Translations under genes and position numbers: made by a program | Shown here: positions 1 through 9,300 of the stretch, piece after piece | Layout of the letters: each line of letters begins with the position of its first letter | Numbering within the stretch: position 1 is the stretch's first letter | IMG/VR virus record: IMGVR_UViG_3300033067_000068 | Location: 1-59,658 of that record | Source of the DNA: a virus | Lineage: Duplodnaviria; Caudoviricetes | Reading direction: 5' to 3' (one strand) | Length of the DNA: 59,658 nucleotides | Notes under the pieces: model-generated | Told to the model about the DNA's origin: nothing | Database searches by the model: none | Seen by the model: the letters and a program-made list of their open reading frames with translations, nothing else

Positions 1-613
1 AATCAGCTACCTCAACCCCGTCTAGTGGTGTCCTGTCCAGTGTAGTTTCGTCAATTGACGCTTCCCTGACTTCATCTTCCGTCAGGCCAAACTGGGCTAT
101 GGCTTGCACAAAGCTGGCTTTGTTGACCATTTTATCGTACTCGGCAAATGTGTCTACCGTAATTGAAGCAATGATGGCTTCTGGGTCCAGCCCCATGTCT
201 GGGTGTACGTTGACCCAGATCGAGTCTTCGTTAGCGTAGGCTAACTTCTTCGTGCCCGCTGGGGATGAAAACATGGCTGGAGCTTTGATGCGCTTAGGGC
301 CATCGACTGTTACAAACGTCAAGTCGCCCTGCAGGCAGATGTTCAAGTGCTCTGTCATGTGCAGCTTGCCAACGAGCAGCGTGCCTTTGGGGACAAATAT
401 TTCACGCGCATAAACGCCGCCAGAAAACACGTTGCGCACTGGAATCTCGGCCTGCGGCTGTTGCAGCATCAGAGCCTGAAACGTGTCAATCCTGTCTTTG
501 AGTTTCTGCTCACGTACAGCAAGTACGGAGCCGTCAACCGGCGCAAACAAGTCGGCTGGAAAACTCTGTTCGAGTACAGTGCTGATTTCTGTTTCAGGTT
601 GCATAGGCGTCAT
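1..613 (-). CDS. N-terminal part of cupin-like/SET-domain protein (continues across the window junction into 59658..59429)
   Basis: Not in ORF track. ATG at 613 overlaps the upstream TAA; frame open to base 1 (MTPMQPETEI...VFSGGVYAREIFVPKGTLLVGKLHMTEHLNICLQGDLTF...DGVEVAD). Joins in frame to the window end (843 nt total). Confidence 0.8.
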   Translation of the reverse strand, partial: MTPMQPETEISTVLEQSFPADLFAPVDGSVLAVREQKLKDRIDTFQALMLQQPQAEIPVRNVFSGGVYAREIFVPKGTLLVGKLHMTEHLNICLQGDLTFVTVDGPKRIKAPAMFSSPAGTKKLAYANEDSIWVNVHPDMGLDPEAIIASITVDTFAEYDKMVNKASFVQAIAQFGLTEDEVREASIDETTLDRTPLDGVEVAD

Positions 614-1029
614 TATGGCGTAGGTGGAGTTGGCCACACGATGTTAAACGGGTCTGACTGGTTTGTCACGTCCCGTAAGGCTTGACGGTACGGTTCCCAC
701 AAGGCTTTTGTCTCTGCTGAAATGTCAGCCAGCTGAGTCCAGTCTGTGGATTGCAAGCGTTGGCTACGCTCCGCACGTACGACTAGCCATTGAGTTTCGT
801 TGGTGCGAGTATCGACCCACTGTTTGGTCGTGTAGTCAAATATGCAGAATTCGTTGGGTTTAGGCGGCAGCGGCGTGGGCACCCTATCTGCTACATAAAA
901 CTCAGCGCCATCGTATATACCGCTTAGCATTTCAGCCCCTGCTGGCATATTAGCTACGGCATCGGCTTCACTTGTTGAGGCGCTTCCTACAATGCGCCCA
1001 GTAGTTGTATCGTAGTATGTGACCAACAT
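613..1029 (-). CDS. tail fibre assembly chaperone
   Basis: C-terminal VRAERSQRLQSTDWTQLAD...W..YRQALRDVT.Q..PFNIVWP motif; directly after the tail fibre gene. Confidence 0.8.
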   Translation of the reverse strand: MLVTYYDTTTGRIVGSASTSEADAVANMPAGAEMLSGIYDGAEFYVADRVPTPLPPKPNEFCIFDYTTKQWVDTRTNETQWLVVRAERSQRLQSTDWTQLADISAETKALWEPYRQALRDVTNQSDPFNIVWPTPPTP

Positions 1030-2408
1030 TATTTGTATGCTCCGAATAAATATACCCGCAACTGAGTAATCCCGCTACCCGTGAGCGTGACGTTAGAACC
1101 TGTGTACCTATACCTAAACTCAAAATTATGAGTTCCAGCGCTTAGATTTTGCACGCGAGTTCCAAAGTTTACAGGCACTGCGGAGTCGCTAAATGCGTTT
1201 ATGCCATACACAGAACGAACTCCATCGACAAGAAGTTCAAACTCCTGCGTTATTGACGATGAACCATACGTAAACCCTGAAATAACCTGGGCTCGGCTCA
1301 TACTCAAAATAATAATATAGTCACCGCTATTTGCTACAGTAGCGCTGTAGTTAGTAAGCGTAGTAAGCGCAGATGGGCCTTGCGGTGGGGAGTAGTCAAA
1401 CACGTTATAGCGTGTTGTGCTGACCGCTTGGTCTTGTATTTTTAGTGTGCTAACAGCTAAATCACCTATCTTTGCTGTGCTTACGGCTAGGTTGTCTATT
1501 TTTGCTGATGTAACAGCTAGACTGTTGATCTTTGCTGTGCCGACGGCCAAGTCAGCAATTTGCGCGGTACCGACAGCCAAGTCAGCAATTTTTGCTGTGC
1601 TTACAGCCAAGTCAGCAATTTGTGCGGTGCCGACAGCCAAGTCAGCAATTTTTGCTGTGCTTACGGCTAGGTTGTCAATCTTGCCAGTCGTAACTGCTAA
1701 GTCAGTAATCTTGGCTGTGCCTACAGCAAGATCTGCAATTTTAGCGCTGTCAACTGCTAGATTGCCTATTTTTGCATTGGTTATGACACCATTGTAAATG
1801 AAGGCCGACTTCATGTAGGTGCCAGCGGGTATTGCTACGCCGTCAATAATTAGCGGAGCGTCAAGTTGGAAGAACGGTGCTTCGCTGGTGTCGCCGTATG
1901 CTTTGGCCAACACATCCATCGTGTACTCAAGCGCTGGCACTGTGGTGGCAGACACGCCAACTGTGGCGTTAAACGGCCCTCTAGTGCTGTTTGTGTTGAC
2001 GAACCGGACCCAATAGTAGCGCGTTGCTCCGGGACCAAGCTCATCGACATATATTCCACCGGGTGTCAGCCCCAGCAAAACCGCCGAAGCAAAAACATTG
2101 CTGCTAGCTCCCCAGATTTCAGCGTAAGCGTGTCCGCGATATATAGGCGTATCGAACTCGACAAAAACAGTAGTCACAGCTGACGTAGCTGTAACGTTTA
2201 TAGGTGGGGGTGGTGAGGCCAAATATGTCTGTAACGGTGCGGCTAAAACGCCTGCTGAGTCACTACTAGCAATACCTGCGGAAGTCAGATCATCTAAACT
2301 AACAAGTCGGTCAGAGCCAGAGCCTGACACGAGCTCACGCACGCGGTCTAAAAACATCCGCAGATCACGGGGGATGTCAGACTTGACGAATGGTAGTTTC
2401 TTAGACAC
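1029..2408 (-). CDS. tail fibre / tail tip protein
   Basis: FN3-like segment (RYYWVRFVN), AFIYNGVITNAKIG motif, 10-aa AKIxDLAVxT repeats, beta-rich C-terminus. Confidence 0.75.
   Translation of the reverse strand: MSKKLPFVKSDIPRDLRMFLDRVRELVSGSGSDRLVSLDDLTSAGIASSDSAGVLAAPLQTYLASPPPPINVTATSAVTTVFVEFDTPIYRGHAYAEIWGASSNVFASAVLLGLTPGGIYVDELGPGATRYYWVRFVNTNSTRGPFNATVGVSATTVPALEYTMDVLAKAYGDTSEAPFFQLDAPLIIDGVAIPAGTYMKSAFIYNGVITNAKIGNLAVDSAKIADLAVGTAKITDLAVTTGKIDNLAVSTAKIADLAVGTAQIADLAVSTAKIADLAVGTAQIADLAVGTAKINSLAVTSAKIDNLAVSTAKIGDLAVSTLKIQDQAVSTTRYNVFDYSPPQGPSALTTLTNYSATVANSGDYIIILSMSRAQVISGFTYGSSSITQEFELLVDGVRSVYGINAFSDSAVPVNFGTRVQNLSAGTHNFEFRYRYTGSNVTLTGSGITQLRVYLFGAYK
1421..1783 (-). repeat. 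~12 tandem 30-bp units encoding (V)xTAKIxxLA
   Basis: Units such as cgacagccaagtcagcaatt recur every 30 nt; boundaries approximate. Confidence 0.9.
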
Positions 2409-4020
2409 TAGCCAACTCCTGCACGGACTGTGCTACCGCGAAAGAGAAGACTTCAGCACTACCCTCAAGCTGAAACTCCCAATCACGGCTGGGGGTTGCT
2501 GGCAAACGGAAGACGTCTCGACTTGTCACGGTTTGCGTGTGGATAAGCGTGCCGCCTGCGTAGAACTTCGCAGTCATTGGGTACGACTCGGCTTCCAGTT
2601 GTGCGCACGAAAAACTCATGACCTGCGGCAATGTGAACTTTTTGGACTTCCACGTCACAGTCTTCAGAGCGCCAGCCCCCCACACTTTTACGGCACGATC
2701 AGAACCCGCGAGGAATAGCTTGTCAACCTGCAAGTCGTTGTATCCAGCAGCCACGTAGATGTCGTGGGTGACAAACTCACCAGTATATGTGTCATAGATA
2801 AAGCCGCCAGACGTCGTGCCGTTGTTATAGAAGCCGAAGTACTTCATGTCATGCTGGTACGCATAGATGCTGCTGGGCAAGAACAACGCCTGCCACTGTG
2901 CGCGTGTGAAATACTTTTCAGTGATGATCTTAGAGCCGCTTGGTGACAAAGATACCAAACCGTCTGGGCTGGCATAGATAACAACTCCGTTTAAACTCAC
3001 AATGCTGCGCTTGGACGCACATGCCTGCTCCAAATCGGATTTGACTACCACCATAGAGTCGGGGGCGCTACCTTGGATGAAGTACGGTGTACCCGTAGTC
3101 ATTACAGCCAGTGTTGTATCCATGCGGCCAAGGCCCACCACAGGGTAGTCCAGCGACTGCATGTACTGCACAGGCCACGCGTGTGGGTGGTATGGGTCAC
3201 AGAAATACACATCTCGGCCAGTAAACCCAGCCATAACCCCACCGGGCAAGTTGATAAGGCCTTTGAGCGTGTCTGGTGGGGGAAGCCATGTCAGTGACGG
3301 CAGCTCTTCCCCGAGGTCTTCAGCCAAAATACTGTCTGAATAAGAGGTAGATGCAATTGGTATTTCAGCCACAAACAAAAACACGCCCGCAGTCGCACGG
3401 TAAATTCTGCGGTGTGTCAGTGTGTAGCCAGACGGCACAGAGGCAAACCCTCCAACCGTGACGCTTTGGCCGACTCGGACGGTTGCATCTGCGGACGCTG
3501 CTGAAGGGGCAGACTCAAACTCGAAGCCGGATTCTTTATTGACTACAGTGTAGGCATACACTCTAGTCTCCGGTATATCTGTTGGTTCTGTGGGGGTGCC
3601 AGTGACACTTACAGTGGGAGCGCTACCCGGCGCAGGAATGCCAAGTGGGCGAGAGACGGTAGGGTAGTTAGACCCGGACAGCGCGATGGCTGCGTAAGTT
3701 GCCTTGGGTGCGCCGTCTCCAGTATAGAAGGTCCATTCGGAAGTATCACCGGCGATCTGGCTACGACACACGTCGACATCTGTAGTCCAGTGGAACCAAT
3801 ACTGCGAGTCTGAGACTATGCTCTGACCAAAGCGGTAGATGGTAAGCGGTACGCCTATCTTGGTCAGTGTTGCAACAGTAGAACCTAACGCGTTCAGGGG
3901 TTTGAGTGAGCCTTGAAATACGTCAGCGTTCAGCGCTGTTTGAGCCTGTGCGTCTTGGAGGTAGCGCGGCGGCACCTTGGGAGAAATCCCACCAAAAGTT
4001 TTGATCTGAAGTGCTGCCAT
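2401..4020 (-). CDS. tail hub / head-closure (stabilisation) protein
   Basis: N-terminal FGGISPKVPPRYLQD..AQTALN motif, beta-propeller-like composition, C-terminal WKSKKF; podovirus tail module. Confidence 0.65.
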   Translation of the reverse strand: MAALQIKTFGGISPKVPPRYLQDAQAQTALNADVFQGSLKPLNALGSTVATLTKIGVPLTIYRFGQSIVSDSQYWFHWTTDVDVCRSQIAGDTSEWTFYTGDGAPKATYAAIALSGSNYPTVSRPLGIPAPGSAPTVSVTGTPTEPTDIPETRVYAYTVVNKESGFEFESAPSAASADATVRVGQSVTVGGFASVPSGYTLTHRRIYRATAGVFLFVAEIPIASTSYSDSILAEDLGEELPSLTWLPPPDTLKGLINLPGGVMAGFTGRDVYFCDPYHPHAWPVQYMQSLDYPVVGLGRMDTTLAVMTTGTPYFIQGSAPDSMVVVKSDLEQACASKRSIVSLNGVVIYASPDGLVSLSPSGSKIITEKYFTRAQWQALFLPSSIYAYQHDMKYFGFYNNGTTSGGFIYDTYTGEFVTHDIYVAAGYNDLQVDKLFLAGSDRAVKVWGAGALKTVTWKSKKFTLPQVMSFSCAQLEAESYPMTAKFYAGGTLIHTQTVTSRDVFRLPATPSRDWEFQLEGSAEVFSFAVAQSVQELASV

Positions 4021-4052
4021 GCTGTGTTCCTCGCTTAACCAGATTGTAGTGG

Positions 4053-4652
4053 TTAAGCACCAAGTACATCAAGGGCGTGGTTGATGTGCTTGATCCGGTC
4101 TTCGAGGCCAATGGTTCCTCCGTTGATCTTCTTGGTCATGGCGGTGTAATCCTTGGCGTCAGCCTCTTTGTTCAGACCGCGTTTGTTCCAGTACCATGCA
4201 GCGCTCAGGACGGCGTACTTGGGGGAGAGTACAAGATCGGGGCTATGAATGAAGTCCACGCCAAGAGCGTCGCCGCACTGCGTGTAGTTGTCCTTACCAG
4301 TCAATTGGATCAGACCACGGCCTTTGTATAGGCTACCTTCTCCGGTTTCCTCGGTGCCGTTGCCCATGCGCCCGCCGTAGACCTTGTTGGCAATCTTGTC
4401 CGGGTCGCGGTGGTAGGGCTTTGCGGCCTCCAGAGTGGGGAACCGGCTGGGCCAAACGCGGCACAGGGCCTCGGCGCTGTAGTTCAGGTTCTCCTGCAGT
4501 GTCTTGAAGTTGCCGGACTCATGGGCGCACTGGCCAATGAACGCAGCCATCCGCAAAGGCGTATTGATTTCGTAACGCTGCATGGCCTCATTCAAAGGCT
4601 CCAGCCAGTCTTCGGAGATGTGCAGTTCTTTGAGCTGTTCGGCGGTAATCAT
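4053..4652 (-). CDS. endolysin, glycoside hydrolase family 19
   Basis: AAFIGQCAHESGNF..LQENLNYS, YKGRGLIQLTGKDNY and TKKINGG.IGLEDR motifs. Confidence 0.92.
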   Translation of the reverse strand: MITAEQLKELHISEDWLEPLNEAMQRYEINTPLRMAAFIGQCAHESGNFKTLQENLNYSAEALCRVWPSRFPTLEAAKPYHRDPDKIANKVYGGRMGNGTEETGEGSLYKGRGLIQLTGKDNYTQCGDALGVDFIHSPDLVLSPKYAVLSAAWYWNKRGLNKEADAKDYTAMTKKINGGTIGLEDRIKHINHALDVLGA

Positions 4653-5083
4653 TTTGCGTCTTTGCCCTTTTTGTCAGACTTCATGTCCATGATTTTCTCC
4701 AGTGTGCGGCCACCGAAGTAGAAGCTCATCACCAGCATACCCCACTGCCCGAGCAACTCGACGTAGCTGCGGTTGGTGTCGTAGTCAAAGGCGCTCATCG
4801 TGGCAAAGGTGAAGTACCCGCCGAGGATCAGCAATAGAGTCATTGGCCTGATGTTCTTGGACAGCCAAGAGTCTGACGACATGTCGGCCTTGAGCCGGTC
4901 GGTCAGGTTGTTTTGCTCGGTCTTGTACAAGTCGGTCTCGTTGGCCATCCGAGCCAACTCGCCGTTCTCCTGCATCTGGGCCAGTTCTGCCTTGGCTTTT
5001 TCAGCAGCCACAGGGTCAGGCAAAAACCGATCAATCAGCTTACCGCCGATTGCCGCCAGTGGGTTCAAGTCACTTAGGTTCAT
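4649..5083 (-). CDS. holin (3TM/GTA-holin-like)
   Basis: DMSSDSWLSKNIRP...LLGQWGMLVMSFYFGGRTLEK motif with TM helices; adjacent to endolysin. Confidence 0.8.
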   Translation of the reverse strand: MNLSDLNPLAAIGGKLIDRFLPDPVAAEKAKAELAQMQENGELARMANETDLYKTEQNNLTDRLKADMSSDSWLSKNIRPMTLLLILGGYFTFATMSAFDYDTNRSYVELLGQWGMLVMSFYFGGRTLEKIMDMKSDKKGKDAK

Positions 5084-5387
5084 CTGGTTCCCCTTTAGGT
5101 TGGTCTGGGACGATGGCGTGCGCTGCCGCGCTCACTGCACGTTTGCCCATGATGCCGCCAATGCCACCGACGATCAGCAGCACAATGTCGTTGAGCATCT
5201 TAGTGTACGCCTGATCTATGGGGGCCATGGCCTTGATAGGCTGCGTCACGAAGGTCACAGAGTACAGCAGGGCACAGACGATGAACGTCAGGATGAGCGT
5301 GACGGCTACGACTACAAAAGCCCAAATGCGGACTTCAATCTGGTCAGCGGACAGGTGTTGGCTCGGAGGCAGGTTTGGTTTGCTCAA
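5070..5387 (-). CDS. two-TM membrane protein in lysis cassette
   Basis: Two hydrophobic helices; TTG start, overlaps the lipoprotein gene. Confidence 0.6.
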   Translation of the reverse strand: MSKPNLPPSQHLSADQIEVRIWAFVVVAVTLILTFIVCALLYSVTFVTQPIKAMAPIDQAYTKMLNDIVLLIVGGIGGIMGKRAVSAAAHAIVPDQPKGEPDEPK

Positions 5388-5556
5388 TTTGTTTCTCCAA
5401 GACAGGGGCGACCATGTACTCAGGGCAAGTCTGCGTGAACTGGCAGCGGGGCTTCAGGCACTGTTCTTTCTGGAAGTTGTCTGGGTTCTGGCAGAAGTAC
5501 CGGTACTGCTCTTCACAGCCAGCCAAAAGCATCAGAGGCAAAATCAATTTCCACAT
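5344..5556 (-). CDS. lipoprotein (possible o-spanin)
   Basis: Signal peptide with LAGC lipobox; Cys/Pro-rich mature part. Confidence 0.65.
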   Translation of the reverse strand: MWKLILPLMLLAGCEEQYRYFCQNPDNFQKEQCLKPRCQFTQTCPEYMVAPVLEKQIEQTKPASEPTPVR

Positions 5557-6038
5557 TTGACCTCCCTACAGTAGTAAACAATCTCGATGCCGATCCACAT
5601 CAGAGCGACAAGAGTGACGGTGGCCAAAGTTACGGCGATCCACAGCTCAATCTGCTCTTTGCGCTTCTTGCGGGCTTGGATGGCTGCATCCGCAGCTCGG
5701 CGACGCTGCGCCTTGTCGTCCTCGTCCATCTGCTTGCGACGGTTGACGATCTTCTCCCACACGTCCATGTTGTTCGGGAAAAACAGACCTTTGACCTGCT
5801 CTTCAAACTGGCGGGCGCTCTCGATAGCCAGCTCCAGCTCGACGGCCTTGCCCATGTTGGAGCCGCTGAATCCGCCTTTGTGGACCTCTTCGAGCACCTT
5901 GACCGCATCGGCCTTGGCATCGAAGTATTTGCCCAGCACAGGACCAAGGCTGCGCACGTCGTCAACGGTCTTGACTGCCTTCTTGACTAGGTTGACTGCG
6001 GTTGTGACCGCCGCCAGCGCGGAAATTGGGTCGATCAT
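5544..6038 (-). CDS. membrane-anchored coiled-coil protein
   Basis: MIDPISALA N-terminus, charged helix, C-terminal TM segment. Confidence 0.65.
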   Translation of the reverse strand: MIDPISALAAVTTAVNLVKKAVKTVDDVRSLGPVLGKYFDAKADAVKVLEEVHKGGFSGSNMGKAVELELAIESARQFEEQVKGLFFPNNMDVWEKIVNRRKQMDEDDKAQRRRAADAAIQARKKRKEQIELWIAVTLATVTLVALMWIGIEIVYYCREVKCGN

Positions 6039-6127
6039 CGCAACACCTCAACCATTACTTTTGTCGTCCAGATGACGATACCGACAATGAAAATCGCCGC
6101 GACTAGAGCCTCGGCGAAGTCTCTCAT
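6035..6127 (-). CDS. 30-aa single-TM peptide
   Basis: MRDFAEALVAAIFIVGIVIWTTKVMVEVLR; ATGA overlaps at both ends; below ORF-track cutoff. Confidence 0.65.
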   Translation of the reverse strand: MRDFAEALVAAIFIVGIVIWTTKVMVEVLR

Positions 6128-6348
6128 GTCTTATCGGCTTTGCCGTCCAGTTTGTCAAAAATCTGTTTGACCATGGACTTGATGTCTGCAATGTCAGCCC
6201 TGTAGTCATCTTTCGCCACATAGGTGTGTGGCAGCTCGTTGACCTTGTCCTCCAGCCGCTGAATCGTGCGAGTCAGGTTGTTGATGACGTAAATGGCCAG
6301 AAAACCAGCAACTGATACTACTAGGTTGAAGAGCTGTTGGTTATCCAT
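6124..6348 (-). CDS. small TM + coiled-coil protein (holin/antiholin-like)
   Basis: N-terminal TM then LPHTYVAKDDY...IFDKLDGKADK. Confidence 0.65.
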   Translation of the reverse strand: MDNQQLFNLVVSVAGFLAIYVINNLTRTIQRLEDKVNELPHTYVAKDDYRADIADIKSMVKQIFDKLDGKADKT

Positions 6349-6360
6349 GACCAATGATCC

Positions 6361-9300
6361 TTACGGCAAGACGGTGGCGGTTATCTGGCCAGATTCTACC
6401 GTACCAGAAGCTGTATTGCTAGTCACTAAGGCCTCAAGCCCAACCGGGGGTACAGCGGCGTCAGTGAACACAAAGTCCTCAAGATTAACGGTTCGCAGTT
6501 TTGACCTGCGCAGTGCATCCAGCGCTGCCGCACCTTGGGTAATCAAAACTGCGTTGTACATGCTACCCGCTGGGTTGAACGACTCTGCTGCTTGTGCGGC
6601 AGCCAGCGCTACCGCGCTGAAGTTCGACGGGGCTACGCCAGCTTGGTCGACTGCAGTGGCGGTCTCCAGTACAGGTCCACTGAACATGGCTTTGGCAGCG
6701 GCAGTCTCCTGCGCTGTGGCCTGCTCAGACACCGATGTGCTCGGGTTGAACTTGGTGGAGGCAGTCTCACTTGCGGTTAGCGTTTCAGACAGGCTTGATG
6801 TGCCGGTGTTCGCGCCCTTGGGTGTATCCAGTGGTCGGGCAGTATCAGAAGCTGCCGCGCTGAATGTGCTGGCGATGACCTGCACTGCATCAAACGTGAC
6901 TGCGGATTCAGAAACACTGCGGTTGAATGCTGTAACCGCCGCTGCAAGCTCCTGCGCTTGCGATGCCTCCAATATAGATGACAGGAACAACAAACCGCCG
7001 GTCGTAGCATCCGCACCTTGGGTAAGCTCCTGCACACTGGTGTTCAGCGCGGCACGGGCTTGCGCAGTTTCTGCGGCTTGCACAGCTTCTGCCAGCGTGG
7101 CGGACAGCGCAGCTGCTGCCTGCGTAACCTCGGAGGACACCGCAGCTTCAACAACAGCCCCAAGAAACGCACGGAAAGCGCTCACAGAATCAGCCACTGT
7201 TGCAGACTCTGACAGCTCCCCAAGGTACAGCATCCCAGCAATAGCCGAGTCGGCCAAAGCGGTGGTTTCGCTCACGGATGGGTTGTACGTCCCAAGCGGC
7301 GATTCTGCGCTGCTGGCAGTGGAACTTTCGATGATGTAAACAAGGATGGGCCCGCCGCCACCAGCTTCAAAGTACCAGCCCAGTGAGCCGTTGTTTGTGG
7401 AGTTGGCCCCTGCGTACCATGTTGTGTCGAGGCTGTACGCCCGCACGCCGGTGATGGTGAGGTAGTCCGTGGTCGGCTGTGTGGCTTGGCCCGCGCCGGA
7501 GAAGATCAGCGTTGCAGGACTGGAAGCCGAGGTGCCCTGCACCGTCAACACGCGCCCGGCTTCGCCCGAGGCTGTGAAGTTCGCTACCGTCTGGGTTGTT
7601 GTACCCAGAGTGATGCTGGTCGCGCCGGTGGCCTTGTAGCTGTTGCTGATGTTGGCAAACGTGTTGTTGCCAGTAATGTCCAGCGCACCAGCACCACCTT
7701 GGTTAAGTGTGATGCCTGAGTAATCTTTACCGCCGCCAGCGAAGGTCTTGGCCGATGCAGATGTGAGACTGATCGTGCCTGTGCCTGTTACGGTGAGGTT
7801 TGTGGGAGTGGAGGCGTTCCAAGCGTTTGCTCCACCCCCAGCAATCGTCCACGTCCCGATGCCTACTGCAACCGTCCTGACATTTGTGTTATTCAGAGCC
7901 ACCGTTCCGGTGCTACTTGAGAGCGTGACGTTATACCCGCCAGCATCGAATGTACCCCTTGTAACAGTCAATGCAGTAGACGCGAACGTAGTCGTCCAGC
8001 TATCTTGTAGTGTGACTGAACCACCCGGAGAGTCAATGATGAATGGATGCCCAAATGGTTTACCGGCACTAGTTACTGTTTGGGCACCTCTGCCAGAGAA
8101 CGTTATATTCCCGGAGCCGCTAAGTGTCACTCCAGTTCCATTGACCCAGTTTCCGTAAATGGTCGGCGCGTTTCCTTGACTCAGCGTCATCGTGTTGCTG
8201 GTACGGGCACTCATGTCGATGGTGCCGATGTTGAAAGCAGTGTTTATGGTCACACTGCTTCCACTGGATGGATAAGGCGTAGGACTTGAGGGGAATACCG
8301 CAGTGTCTTGCGCCAAAGGAAACGCAGCAAAATCCGCTGTCCCACCGTTAGTAAAAGACCATCTCGCTATTGAGTCACCCCAGTTTGTAGGCCCAGTGGA
8401 CCGGTAATAAACCGTCTTAGCCGCATCAAACGTAATCCCGCTGTTGCCTTTGCAGTCACCCAAGCGAGTACCTGACACAGGAGCCGCAGCACCAGCAATG
8501 GTGATGTCACGGAAGTCGATGTCGGTCGCGGTAACAGCAGCGCAGGTCAGTGTGCGAGGTGTGCCGATGGTGTCTGAGCGCACAAACGTCCGCATCGTGG
8601 CGTCGGTACCGGGTGAAAGGGTTAGGGTGCCGTTGATGGTTTGGTTGGCGTTGAAGGTAACTGGTTTTACACCAACAGATGTGGTGCCCGTCACGGACAG
8701 ATTGTTAAACGTGTTTGCGCCAGTGATTGTTACTTGCCCGTTGCCTACACTGGTAAAACTACAATCATAGAAAGTCTGCCCAGCGCCAGCAGACAGTGAA
8801 GGGGTGTTTGCCGTACAGACAATACTAGAAGTGCCGGCATTAAACGTAAAATTCGTAGAGGTTACAAAACTCACCGTGGCGGTTGCCGGTATAGTAACGG
8901 TACTACTGCCGAAACTTAAGCTACGCGAATTACTGTTGTTGCTTACAAAGTTACCAGTTACCGCGTAATTTGCGGTATCAAACGATCCATTGGTGATAGT
9001 GAATGTAGAGCTACCCACCCAAGCACTACCAAGCGCCCAACCACAACCAACACCATCTACCGTAACAGGGGAGACAACCCCCACACCGTTGGTTGTAAAT
9101 GTCTTACCTGTAGACGATCCAGACAGCGTAATTGCTCCAGAGTACGTCCGTGTAATCCCAGTAGCCGCCAATGTCACGTTGCCGTGGATAGCCAACGGAG
9201 CAGTACCCGCCCATGTAACGTTGCCGGACGCGGGGCCGGAAATAGTCAAAGACGCGCAGCGCAGCTGGGTGGCTGTGCAGGTGACTGTGTAAGCCGTTGC

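Noticed and set aside
347-685. 112-aa plus-strand ORF
   Set aside because: Antisense to the cupin-like/SET gene, which is translationally coupled to the late operon.
1029-2408. Diversity-generating retroelement targeting the tail fibre
   Set aside because: No reverse transcriptase and no template/variable repeat pair seen.
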